Below are positions 28,069 through 37,637 of a stretch of 64,000 nucleotides of DNA, one piece after another. The translations under genes and the position numbers were made by a program. Origin of the DNA: an uncultured Chloroflexia bacterium (lineage in GTDB: Bacteria > Chloroflexota > Dehalococcoidia > GIF9 > UBA5629); contig CAWAQY010000001.1 in the NCBI GenBank assembly GCA_963784375.1, positions 219,788-283,787 on the forward strand, written 5' to 3'. Below the pieces are notes generated by a model that searched no databases, had not been told where the DNA came from, and saw only the letters and a program-made list of their open reading frames with translations. Positions within the stretch are counted from its first letter, which is position 1; every line of letters starts with the position of its first letter.

Positions 28069-29336
28069 ATGGACAAGAAACCCTGTGTTGCCTTTCATAC
28101 CCTGGGCTGCAAGTTGAACCAGGCAGAAACAGAAGCTCTGGCGAATCAATTCGCTAAAGCCGGTTTTCGTGTTGGCGGCGATGACGGAGCCGATGTATGC
28201 ATCCTTAATACCTGCACGGTAACCCATATTGCCGACCGTAAATCAAGGCATTTGCTGCGGTTGCTGCGGAAAAAGAACCCCAAAGCTCTGATTGTAGCTA
28301 CCGGCTGTTACGCCGAAAGAGCTCCCCGGGATATTTCCGGCCTCGACGTTGACCTTGTTATCGGCAACGAACAGAAAACGGATATACCGGACCAGGTAAA
28401 AAAGAAACTCGATTTCAAGGCAGATAAATCCGGAACGGAGCATTCGAATCTCCTGATGCATCGCGGGTCCGCAGCTTTATCAAGATTCAGGAAGGCTGTA
28501 ACGATTACTGCTCCTATTGTATCGTCCCTTTTGTGCGCGGACACAAACGCTATCTGCCGGCAGAGAACATAATCGAACAGGTTAAAGCAAAAGTATCTAT
28601 CGGCTATAAAGAAGTGATCCTTACCGGCACCAAGATCGGCGACTATAGCTATAATGGATTCGGTTTACACCAACTTATTGCCCGAATATTGGAACAGGCC
28701 GATCTGAAACGATTACATCTCTCTTCTTTGCAGCCCCGGGAAATTACCGGGGATTTGATCCGTTTGTGGAAAGACCCTCGATTGTGTCGCCATTTTCACG
28801 TAGCTTTGCAGAGTGGCAGCGATACTGTTTTGGAACGGATGAAGCGCCGTTATAACGTCGAGGATTACCGTAAGGCAATTTCCCTGATAAAGAAGGAGGT
28901 TCCCGACGTCGCTGTAACTACGGATATCATGGTGGGCTTTCCCGGAGAGACTGATGCGGAGTTCGAGGAGAGCCATAGCTTTTGCAAGGAAATCGGTTTT
29001 TCCGACCTCCATGTTTTTTCCTATTCACGCCGCGAAGGTACGGCAGCCGCAGAAATGAAAGACCATGTTAATGAAAAGGTGAAGAAAGCCCGCAGCCTGC
29101 GGATGCTGGATTTAGCCCGGGAGAGCGCCCGCAGCTTCCAGGAACATTTCCTGGGGCGGACTTTGCCGGTATTGTGGGAAACAGAAGTAAAACCCGGCAG
29201 CGGTTTGTATTCCGGGCTGAGCGATAATTACATCAGGGTTTATGCCAGAAGCGGGCGCCGGTTAAACAATCATATTCTCTCTGTGAAACTGGTTAAGACG
29301 TATAATGACGGTGTCTGGGGCGAGATAGTCCAATGA
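28069..29336 (+). CDS. mtaB: MiaB-like radical-SAM methylthiotransferase (MtaB type), one frame disruption
   Basis: UPF0004 N-domain (VAFHTLGCKLNQAETE..ADVCILNTCTVT) and radical-SAM motif IQEGCNDYCSYCIVPFVRG, joined near 28460. Confidence 0.85.
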
Positions 29337-29551
29337 AAATTAAAGTTAAAGTGACTGCAAATGCCAGGGTAGAGGAAGTGAACAAGGGTGAGGACGGATA
29401 TTCAGTGCGGGTAAAAGCGCCGGCTAAAGAAGGCAAAGCTAACAGGGCGGTGATAAAGGCGTTGGCTGAGTATTTTAAGGTTCCGCAGTCATCCATCAGG
29501 ATCGTGAGTGGGATCGGGGGAAAGAACAAGATAGTGGAGATTCCGGGGTAA
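29333..29551 (+). CDS. DUF167 (YggU-like) protein
   Basis: 72 aa: MKIKVKVTANARVEEV..VRVKAPAKEGKANRAVIKALAEYFKV. The start overlaps the mtaB stop. Confidence 0.7.
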   Translation: MKIKVKVTANARVEEVNKGEDGYSVRVKAPAKEGKANRAVIKALAEYFKVPQSSIRIVSGIGGKNKIVEIPG

Positions 29552-29649
29552 TCCCATAGTAGAAGGTGTCTTCATCCTTACCTTAGTCTGCTCCCTTCGA
29601 ATACGCTCAGGGAATAAAATCAAGGAGGGAGGAAAATCTCAAGGAATAC

Positions 29650-29740
29650 TTCTCTCTCCACTTGAGGGAGAGACTCTCAGAGGGAGCAGGCAATCTCTCT
29701 CTCCCCATGGAGGGAGAGAGTCAGAGTGAGGGGGCAATTG
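29650..29740. repeat. Two tandem copies of the CTCTCC-N4-GGAGAG..GTGAGGG palindromic repeat (family C)
   Basis: CTTCTCTCTCCACTTGAGGGAGAGACTCTCAGAGGGAGCAGGCAAT followed by CTCTCTCTCCCCATGGAGGGAGAGAGTCAGAGTGAGGGGGCAATTG. Confidence 0.8.
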
Positions 29741-29766
29741 TTTAAATGACGAAGCGAGGGATTCGG

Positions 29767-31179
29767 TTAAAAGTAATAATATGGGGATGATTGCTGCTGT
29801 TGGTGGCGTCGTGTCGAAGAACGGAGGATCGCATAGCAGATAAGGATACCCACAATGATCCCGAAAACAATCAACCAGTCCGGCATCATTCCTACATTAA
29901 AAGCGTAGAGCGAGTTAGTCCACTCGCTTTCGTTTCCGGCACTGTCAACCGCTTTTACCCGCCAGAAGTATGTCCCCGGTTCCAAGTTTATAGCATGGCT
30001 ATTTTGAGTTATCCCTGAGGCTCGCATCGAAGATTTCACGCCAGAAAACTTGAAGTTATCAGCGACTTCCAATACATAAGTGACCTGGTTGGAATTCAGG
30101 TTGGACCCCGGCGACCACACGAATTTTACCGCTTCACCTCCAATCATACCAAACGTCTGCCCTTTGGGTTCCAGGACGGTTGGTTTTGGAAGTGCTTTTT
30201 TGGTGACCACTGGGACCGAAACACTGGGTGGCTGTGGCGCAGCTGGTGTCGGGGGTGGAGGTGATGGTGCAGACGGCGGTGGAGCTGAACCTGAAGTAAT
30301 GGTAGCGCTATTGCCGCTCTGGTCGGTAGCTACAAACCGATAACCTCCCTGACTGCTTGGGGGTAGAGTGAAGCTATAGGTAAAATTGCCGGCATCATCG
30401 CTGGAAGGTGAATTGGTAACGGAGACGTCGTTACATTTAATGGAAACAGTGGTCCTGGCAGCGAAGCCACGGCCAGTCATGGTAATGGTTGCGCCGGACT
30501 GCGGAGCTTGAGTATCGATAGCAACTGATGGTGTGACAACTATTGTAGCTGACGGAATACCGCTGCCGGACTTTGTTGAGGAAACTGAGACCTGGTGCTC
30601 ACCGGCAACAACACCAGGTATGGTATAGTCAACCGAAAAGCTGCCCGTTTTGCTCGATGTTATACTGATGGTCAGCGGTTTGCCGTCAATACTGAGCACA
30701 TCCATGTCGTCAGCTGGAAAGCCGGTGCCATAGACTGTAATCGACGCACCGGGGCTTAATTGAACCGGTTGAGTTTTTATCCGGGGCATAATGTTAAAAG
30801 AGGCGGTTTGATTGGATTCTTCCCGGCCAAGGCGAATATAACCGACGTAATAAAGTCCCATGGGCGCTTCAGGAATGGAAAAGGCTTCTGTAATCGCAAG
30901 GCTGCCGCGTGGCGCGTTTCCTTCTTTAAGCGTAATGGTTTTGCCCTCATCAAATTTGGGTGTAGCACTCCACAGAATTTCATACGCTCCTTCAATCGGA
31001 AAACTGCTGCTGGTAACAGTCATACTTGCAGAACTGCCGACCCAACCTGAGCTAGGCGTCAAACTGACGCCGGGACATCCGCCGGGACCTCAGCCGGCTG
31101 CCATGACCGAAATAGGCATAATCAAGGCAACAATTAACGTTGCTAACGCTGCAAAGATCAATACCTTCGTATTGCCCAT
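29767..31179 (-). CDS. Cell-surface protein: signal peptide, Ig-like repeats, Pro-rich linker, FN3-like domain, C-terminal TM anchor; interrupted by an in-frame TGA at 31090-31092
   Basis: MGNTKVLIFAALATLIVALIMPISVMAAG*GPGG..; repeated ..ITVYGTGF / ..ITMTGRGF modules; APPPSAPSPPPPTPAAPQPP; YFWRVKAVDSAGNESEWTN; C-terminal WLIVFGIIVGILICYAIL. Confidence 0.7.
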
Positions 31180-31299
31180 AGCTAGTTTATAGGACTTTTT
31201 CTCAAATTTGTCAAATTCAAGGGGTTTTTCCGAACGTGCGAGGGCGCCAGCTATGGAGAAATTGTGAAGGGATTTTACAATCAAACGGAATGCGGAAGG

Positions 31300-31425
31300 G
31301 ATTTTTCGTCTCCCGATACCATCGGGCTCCTTGAGGATGACAGGCTCAGAAAGTGTGTCACTTCGACTTCGTTTAATGAACAGAATGTTTCATCTCCTGT
31401 CATTCTGAACGTAGTGAAGAATCTC
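31300..31425. repeat. Composite intergenic repeat, modules M2-M3-M1 (same order as 55431..55560)
   Basis: GATTTTTCGTCTCCCGATACCATCGGGCTCCTTGAGGATGACA .. CACTTCGACTTCG .. GTCATTCTGAACGTAGTGAAGAATCTC. The last module supplies the final codons and the stop of the trmH-like ORF. Confidence 0.8.
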
Positions 31426-32209
31426 TTCCCTTTGCCTGCTCCTGTACCGTACTTAAATACATGAAAATAGCACCGCTCACCGCCACATTCAGGGATTCTG
31501 CCTTATCCCGGGCAATCGGGATTTTTGCACGGACTTGTGCAAGGTCTAAGGCTGCTCTGGAAAGGCCTGATGCTTCATTGCCCAGCGCCAGTATAAGATT
31601 ATCCTTCAGGCTTATATTTGCTGGAGGTTCAGTGCCACTCAGGTCTGCGGCAAGCAGGAAATACCCCTGCGTAACCAGTGATTGTACCTGTTCCAGATAG
31701 CTGCTCGTTCTTCTCAGCCATAGTTCCAATATACTCCCCGCAGTCGATTGGATACATTTGGGCGAGAAAGGGTCCGCACATTTTTCGGAGAGAATAACTC
31801 CGGAATAGTTAAAAGCAGCAGCCGTGCGGATGAGTGTGCCTGTATTGCCAGGGTCCTGGATATCTTCCAGCAGCAATACCCTGCGGCCGGCATTTTCGGG
31901 TACGTTGTTGGTATATATACCTTCCGGCATTTTGACCACAGCCAGGATGCCCTGAGGAGTTGTGACGGAACTAATCGTCCGAAATTGGTTCTCAGTCACA
32001 ATACGAACAGGAAATCTTTCGTAGGTGACCGCTGGTTGTTCTATGGTCACAATTTCAATTACAGCTTCAGGATGGCTGTTGATGAGTTGGCGAATTGCTT
32101 TATCACCTTCGACAATGAAGGCTCCCGCATCACGGCGTCCCCTTGTGGTAGCCAGGTCTTTGTACCATTTAAGTGGTTTTAGTTTGTAGCCATCATTAAT
32201 TGACATCAT
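31400..32209 (-). CDS. SpoU/TrmH-family RNA 2'-O-methyltransferase (RlmB-like)
   Basis: ..LLEDIQDPGNTGTLIRTAAAF.., ..ALGNEASGLS.., ..SLNVAVSGAIFMY... The C-terminal tail (RDSSLRSE*) is encoded by a repeat module, so the native end may differ. Confidence 0.8.
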   Translation of the reverse strand: MMSINDGYKLKPLKWYKDLATTRGRRDAGAFIVEGDKAIRQLINSHPEAVIEIVTIEQPAVTYERFPVRIVTENQFRTISSVTTPQGILAVVKMPEGIYTNNVPENAGRRVLLLEDIQDPGNTGTLIRTAAAFNYSGVILSEKCADPFSPKCIQSTAGSILELWLRRTSSYLEQVQSLVTQGYFLLAADLSGTEPPANISLKDNLILALGNEASGLSRAALDLAQVRAKIPIARDKAESLNVAVSGAIFMYLSTVQEQAKGRDSSLRSE

Positions 32210-33247
32210 AGATTACCAAAATAAGGGCGTATCTTTTTGGCAAGCTCTTCAGGTGAAGTCCAGATAAAACCATAGAGAAGTATATTCGGGCCGTACCAAA
32301 CATCGCTCGTGGGGAATGACTGAATGCTGGAACGGGATATTATCTTGCCGCCAGCCCAGAAATACTTTAGATTTCTGCCCGGAGGTGCTGAATAGAGGGC
32401 AAAATTGAAGCAGGAAAGGCCGATATCACTGTATGCCTTTAATACCCTGCTAATCCCCTCTGCCAGGTTCTCCCAGTCTTCATCATCGAATTCTAAGAAA
32501 TTAGATTTGTTCTTTACCGTGAAGTTGACCTCATGGTGGTGATGGGGAGCAAAGGGAATAAACCACTCGGTTGAGCCGAACCTTCCCAGGTATCTCTCCT
32601 TAAGCCGTTTTTCCTTCTTGATCAACTCTTCCCAGTAGTTAGCGGAATATTTGTAATAATGTTCTCTGGCTTTTTCAAGATATAGTTTGATCAGGTAATA
32701 CGGCCAGTGGGAGGACATAGCTTGAATGTGCGGATGGGCTACACTGGAGCCGCTGGGATATAAATAGTTCTGGCCGATTTCGTCATATCTGGTCCCATCC
32801 ACCTCATAACTTCGCCGTAGAAAGTCGGCAGCAAGGTTGAATGCATTGTAGTAAATATCCTTATGAAACTCATTTAGCCGCAGGAAATGCTTTTTGGTTA
32901 AAGCGATGACGGCAGAATGAGCTTTCTGAGCAAAGATATTGGGGAATAAGCGTTGCCTCACCCCTTGTTTGCCTTCCTCCGGGCACCAAATTAGATGGAA
33001 ATTTCGGGGTGTCGGTTCCGACTTTATCGGAACAAAAAAAGCAGTTCGGTCTGGTTTCTGCGATTAATTTTTCTACGACCGCCCAATCAGTCTTGAAAAT
33101 TGAGGATATTTTGGAACGGGTGTGAAACGTGGAAGTGAAGCCTGATAGTGGGTCAGTCCGATATTCTATAGTCTGAGCCTCAAGCTTGAATTCTTTACCT
33201 GGATCACGGATTTGAGCTGTTTCAAGGGTTTTTTGGAAGCGAATCAT
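32206..33247 (-). CDS. GalT-like (HIT superfamily) nucleotidyltransferase, one frame disruption
   Basis: Has CFFC near the N-terminus and SVAHPHIQ (compare HPHGQ in GalT). ORFs 32870..33247 and 32206..32961 join as ..GEATL/FPNIFAQKAH.. near 32948. The stop overlaps the trmH-like start. Confidence 0.7.
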
Positions 33248-33360
33248 TCTTACTATTACCCTGATTTCTATGTAATTTCTTGAGTATAGACCTGCAGATT
33301 AGCCGTGTCAATGCGCCGTTTAAGATCTGAATTGTTGTAGAATATCAATTGCTTGATACC

Positions 33361-34635
33361 ATGCGAAAAGATAAAGTCGTCAATCTAACTGACCAGAAGA
33401 GTTCAGCCGACACCAACAGTCTTGCATCACAGTCCTATGGTTATACCATTGCAACAGCCGGATTCGCGGTATGGTTCATAAATGGAATGTATACCGCTGC
33501 CTTCAGCGTATTTTTAACTCCCATGCAGGCCGAATTCGGGTGGTCCAGGGCTGAAATTTCGGCGGCATTCTCCCTGTCTACCATTCTGTCCGGAGTTTCA
33601 TGCATTTTTATGGGGCGACTTACCGATAAGCTTGGTCCGAGGTTCGTGGTAACCGTGTTCGGTTCCTTCCTGGGAATATCTTATTTACTGATGTCGCAAA
33701 TTGTGGCTTTATGGCAGTTTGAGCTCATATACGCTGTGGTGGTCTCTATCGGCATCAGTTCAACTCTTGTTCCGGTGATGTCCACAATAGTCCGATGGTT
33801 CGTGAAAAAACGGGGACTTGTGACCGGGATTGTCCAATCGGGAGTAGGCATAGGCGGAATGGTGGTAGCACCGCTCACTGCCTGGCTGATTTTAACATAT
33901 GGCTGGCGTTTCTCGTATTTCATTATTGGCATCGTGGCTCTGGTGGGAATTATTGCGTCGGGGCTTTTTCTCAAGAGCAACCCTGATAGCAAAAAGGAAT
34001 CGGCTGGCGATGGAAGCATTACCCGCATGGACTCCAGTGACAATCCGGTGAAACAGGGAAAAACCGGGTATTCGCTCCACAAAGCAATGAAGACCAGGCA
34101 GTTCTGGATCATGGCTGGATTGTACTTTACCTTTGGATTTTGTCGTTCGGCTTTCCTGCCACATACGGCAGCTTTTGTCCAGGATAAAGGTTTTTCCCTG
34201 TTTGAAGGGGCAAATGTGGTGGCGATATTGACCCTTTCCAGCGTTTTCGGACGGATCATCATAGGGCGGCTGGCAGATAAAATTGGTAACCACCGGGCAT
34301 TGATAATAAGTGAGTCGTTAACCACTGTTTCTTTCGCCCTGGGGCTGATTTCAAACGATCTCTGGATGTTATTCCTTTATGGGGTTATTTTTGGCTTTGG
34401 CTGGGGAGCGCAGGCAGTTTTGAGATTCTCTCTGGCAGCGGAAGAATTCGGACTTGTTGCTATCGGGGCGGTGATGGGGGTTCTTTCTCTTGCCGAGGCA
34501 ACATCTGCGAGTTTTGGTTCATATATTGCCGGCTACATTTTTGATACTTTCGGTAATTACCAGCCGGCGTTCTGGCTGGGGATTGCCATTTCAATTATCA
34601 GCATCGTGTTTGCTCCTATGGGACGGCGGTGCTAA
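33361..34635 (+). CDS. MFS transporter (oxalate/formate antiporter-like)
   Basis: About 12 hydrophobic helices with a central loop (SNPDSKKESAGDGS..). The ATG at 33361 is preferred over the TTG at 33349. Confidence 0.8.
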   Translation: MRKDKVVNLTDQKSSADTNSLASQSYGYTIATAGFAVWFINGMYTAAFSVFLTPMQAEFGWSRAEISAAFSLSTILSGVSCIFMGRLTDKLGPRFVVTVFGSFLGISYLLMSQIVALWQFELIYAVVVSIGISSTLVPVMSTIVRWFVKKRGLVTGIVQSGVGIGGMVVAPLTAWLILTYGWRFSYFIIGIVALVGIIASGLFLKSNPDSKKESAGDGSITRMDSSDNPVKQGKTGYSLHKAMKTRQFWIMAGLYFTFGFCRSAFLPHTAAFVQDKGFSLFEGANVVAILTLSSVFGRIIIGRLADKIGNHRALIISESLTTVSFALGLISNDLWMLFLYGVIFGFGWGAQAVLRFSLAAEEFGLVAIGAVMGVLSLAEATSASFGSYIAGYIFDTFGNYQPAFWLGIAISIISIVFAPMGRRC

Positions 34636-34676
34636 AAAGGTGGTGAGCGGTTAATCCTGATTATTTGCAGAAATAA

Positions 34677-34733
34677 AGACAACCACCATTCTCCTACCTC
34701 TCTTTGGTGATCGTTCGGGGATGGTGGTTGTCT
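34677..34733. terminator. Long-stem hairpin between convergent genes (possible bidirectional terminator)
   Basis: AGACAACCACCAT (34677-34689), 31-nt loop, ATGGTGGTTGTCT (34721-34733). Confidence 0.4.
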
Positions 34734-34759
34734 TCGACTGTCAGAACAGTATCTGGATA

Positions 34760-35104
34760 TTACTTGATTAGTTTCTCGGCTAAATTGCCTGCCCAGGGGA
34801 GTTTAAACATTTCTTTTTGATAAGCTTTGACCATCAATACTATCCAGAGCACCAATGCTAATATGCCAACCAGCAGGGCAAGTATGCTGAAAAGAAAGCC
34901 AATGAATGGTATCCACCCCAGAACCTGTAAGACAATGTTGATAACTGTGAGTGAGCCGAATACCAGTATAGATTGCATGGCGTGGTAACGGACGAATTTA
35001 TTTTCCTTTTCAATGAGGATGAAAACCAAACCAGTTATCCAACCCAGGACATAGCACAATAACCCGGCAACATTCTCTTCAAGCCCTACCGATGTTTTAG
35101 CCAT
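34760..35104 (-). CDS. DUF4870-family membrane protein
   Basis: MAKTSVGLEENVAGLLCYVLGWITGLVFILIEKENKFVRYHAMQSILVFG.., 114 aa. Confidence 0.75.
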   Translation of the reverse strand: MAKTSVGLEENVAGLLCYVLGWITGLVFILIEKENKFVRYHAMQSILVFGSLTVINIVLQVLGWIPFIGFLFSILALLVGILALVLWIVLMVKAYQKEMFKLPWAGNLAEKLIK

Positions 35105-35227
35105 TAAACCCCTCCATTTTTAAAATAATATTTAATCTTGTAAGGTTACACTGATGGCCAGGTGGTGTCAATAGGTTTTGATGAAAATGAAAATTGAATA
35201 AGGCGTAATTTGTCATGGGTAGGATTA

Positions 35228-35609
35228 CTACTGTGCGCGTTTCTGGGCAAAATTGCCTGCCCAGGGCAAGTTTGAATCGCTGTCCCTGGTATGCATAGGC
35301 CATCAAGATTATCCACAGTATCATCGTCAGCAATCCCAGTAACCAGGCAAATACACCAAAGAGGATGCTGAGAACAAAACTGAAACCAGGTATCCATCTG
35401 AATACGCCGGCGACGGAATTGAGAATTATGAAAATGATAATATAGATAATCGTAATCAGTCCGAATACGGCAATTGACTGTATGGCATGGAAACGGACGA
35501 ATTTATTTTCCTTTTCGCGGACCAGAAAATATATACCGCTTATCCAGCCCAATACGTAACACAGCAAGCCGGCAATATTCTCTTCAAGCCCTACCGTTGT
35601 TTTGGCCAT
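35228..35609 (-). CDS. DUF4870-family membrane protein (tandem paralog), one frame disruption near the C-terminus
   Basis: Has the same N-terminal motif. By analogy with its neighbour (..FKLPWAGNLAEK..), the true end reads ..RFKLPWAGNFAQKRAQ* after a shift near 35272. The ORF-track tail down to 35097 is out of frame. Confidence 0.7.
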
Positions 35610-35681
35610 GACGCTCCTTCTTCAGACCACCTTTGTCTTTAGAGTACACTGCTTCCCTGAAGGTGTCAATCGGGCAAGCCC

Positions 35682-35802
35682 TGTTATTCTGAACCGCTCC
35701 CTGAGAGTAGTCGAAGGGACGGGCTCAATTAGTGACATGGGGAAGTTAATGAACGAAAGGTACTCACTTCGATCCTCTGAAAAAGTCGGAGCGAAGAATC
35801 CC
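35682..35802. repeat. Intergenic repeat array related to modules M1/M3
   Basis: GTTATTCTGAACCGCTCCCTGAGAGTAGTCGAAGGGAC .. CACTTCGATCCTCTGAAAAAGTCGGAGCGAAGAATCCCC. Confidence 0.7.
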
Positions 35803-35961
35803 CGTCAACATCATCGTTCTCTTTGTTTTACTTCAAATAAGATGGGGGTTAAAATAGATTTACATTATAAAGCATACCTTTGTCTTCTGACATTTCTTTA
35901 TGGCCGGAACCGAAGATTTCAATAATAGATACAGCTGAATCTTAAAATAAGGAGGCCTCAA

Positions 35962-36552
35962 GTGGCAGGTTTTGAGAATTTTAAAGAGCAGATAAAAAAT
36001 AACTGGAAGCCTATCCTGTGGGGACTGATTCCTTTTGTCATTGTCATTGTTGTATTTGCTATCCCTCTCAAAGAAGTTCCCGTCCAGGTGACCGAAAGCT
36101 ATTGGGCGACCGAGATGAAAGACGAAGCTTATACTGTGGCAGAGACAAATACGGTAACCGAGCCTTATACGGCAACGGAAACGAAAACTGAGACAGTATT
36201 TGATTCCGGGGTAAATGGCAGCAACTGGTCATACACATTTGATGTAAAAAGGCCGGCAACGGTTTCAATTAATGTCTACGGTTACTCATATCCCAATTCC
36301 CAGTACTATTTCGGGACCAGCAATAACGCCACCATGCAATTTTATCCATTCCGCTACTATTCCGATAATACATCCCGCGCTACTATCACGATCGCTTACC
36401 CCGAGCAGGTGACCAAATACAGAACTGTAACAAAAACCAGCGATGTGGTTAAATATCGTCAGGTACCTACCAGGGTACTCAAAGAAAGAAAAACAACCAA
36501 CTATGTGGTGATGTCCCTGTGGGCTTATATCTTTTTTAAGCAACCGGGCTAA
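35962..36552 (+). CDS. Uncharacterised membrane-anchored protein (GTG start)
   Basis: 196 aa with an N-terminal TM (ILWGLIPFVIVIVVFAI), a Thr/Glu-rich segment and a Tyr-rich body. No family recognised. Confidence 0.5.
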   Translation: MAGFENFKEQIKNNWKPILWGLIPFVIVIVVFAIPLKEVPVQVTESYWATEMKDEAYTVAETNTVTEPYTATETKTETVFDSGVNGSNWSYTFDVKRPATVSINVYGYSYPNSQYYFGTSNNATMQFYPFRYYSDNTSRATITIAYPEQVTKYRTVTKTSDVVKYRQVPTRVLKERKTTNYVVMSLWAYIFFKQPG

Positions 36553-36567
36553 TCGAGGAGCAAGGAG

Positions 36568-36747
36568 ATGAAACGTGATTTTGTGGATATACTGGCCTGC
36601 CCGGTATGCAAGAGTTCATTGACGCTGGAAGTAACTGAAGAGAAGGATGGGGACATAGTGACCGGCTTTTTATTTTGCCAGAAGTGCAACCATAATTACC
36701 CGATTAAAGAAAGCATACCCAACCTCTTGCCGCCGGACGTCGGTTAG
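36568..36747 (+). CDS. Trm112/UPF0434-family small zinc-ribbon protein (59 aa, below the ORF-track cutoff)
   Basis: MKRDFVDILACPVCKSSLTLEV..FLFCQKCNHNYPIKESIPNLLPPDVG*, with GAGGAG 7 nt upstream. The stop overlaps the 3' end of the queD-like gene by 4 nt. Confidence 0.75.
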   Translation: MKRDFVDILACPVCKSSLTLEVTEEKDGDIVTGFLFCQKCNHNYPIKESIPNLLPPDVG

Positions 36748-37115
36748 GCTCCGGGGCTATAGGTCACATAAGTCTGAGGCGACTCCCATACTTCGATACT
36801 GGATAGTTTTTCTCGCCTTCCAAGTTTTGATTGCAGCCTCTTGAAAATGGTAGCTGCAACATTCTCCGAAGTCGCGTTTATTTTATTGAATGGCGGGATG
36901 TCATTCAGGCAAGTGTGATCATATTTATCCAGAATTGCCCCCAGATGGCGTTTCAGTTCTACAAAATCATATGCCAGGCCATTTTCGTCAAGCTTATCCA
37001 TTTTCAGATGTGCCACGACCTTGAAGCGATGACCATGCAAATTCTCACATTTACCATGGTAATTACGAAGGTAATGAGCAGCATCGAAATGCAATTCAAC
37101 TGATACCTGATACAT
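36744..37115 (-). CDS. 6-pyruvoyl-tetrahydropterin synthase family protein (QueD/PTPS)
   Basis: Has HFDAAHYL and KCENLHGHRF (Cx3HGH), 123 aa. It overlaps the folK 3' end by 20 nt. Confidence 0.85.
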   Translation of the reverse strand: MYQVSVELHFDAAHYLRNYHGKCENLHGHRFKVVAHLKMDKLDENGLAYDFVELKRHLGAILDKYDHTCLNDIPPFNKINATSENVAATIFKRLQSKLGRREKLSSIEVWESPQTYVTYSPGA

Positions 37116-37629
37116 CGTGCCTCCCTTTTAGGTTCATGATTTCCGAAGCTTCAGCCCATTTACGGACACCCTGTGAATTACCAATGCTGGAGAGCATTTC
37201 CTTTATTGTAGTGTGAGTTCGAGGATGTATAAAGTCCGGGCTGATTTCTACCAGCGGGATAAGAACAAAAGCTCGTTGAGACAAACGGGGGTGAGGGATG
37301 ATTAGATCCGGGTTGTTAACTATTTCATCATCATAAAACAGGATGTCAATATCTATGGGTCTGGGAGCATTGGGAAAGGAGACTCTTCTGCCCAATTTGG
37401 CTTCTATTGCTTTAATTGTGGTGAGGAGTTCACGAGGGTTCATCCCCGTAGAAATGCAGCACACTGCATTGAGGAAAAGAGGCTGGTCTGCAAATCCAAC
37501 AGGTTCGGTTTCATATATTGAGGAGAGCATCATAACATCGGATCGCTCTGAAATTAGCTCCAGGGCTTGTTTCAGATTCTGACGTCTGTCTCCAACATTT
37601 GAGCCAAGTCCAAGATAAACCATTGCCAT
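37096..37629 (-). CDS. folK: 2-amino-4-hydroxy-6-hydroxymethyldihydropteridine pyrophosphokinase
   Basis: VYLGLGSNVGDR.., SSIYETEPVG.., RPIDIDIL.., IPHPRL..RAFVL. Confidence 0.9.
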   Translation of the reverse strand: MAMVYLGLGSNVGDRRQNLKQALELISERSDVMMLSSIYETEPVGFADQPLFLNAVCCISTGMNPRELLTTIKAIEAKLGRRVSFPNAPRPIDIDILFYDDEIVNNPDLIIPHPRLSQRAFVLIPLVEISPDFIHPRTHTTIKEMLSSIGNSQGVRKWAEASEIMNLKGRHDVSGIS

Positions 37630-37637
37630 TGTTGACT

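Noticed and set aside
31090-31092. Selenocysteine or programmed read-through at the in-frame TGA of the surface protein
   Set aside because: There is no convincing SECIS context and no Sec machinery in the window. A pair of compensating homopolymer indels gives a cleaner protein.
35602-35925. 107-aa plus-strand ORF in the 35.6-35.9 kb intergenic region (also 55381..55578 and 55178..55411)
   Set aside because: The translation runs through palindromic repeat modules (..VILNRSLRVVEGTG..). This is typical repeat-derived pseudo-ORF sequence with no coding signal.
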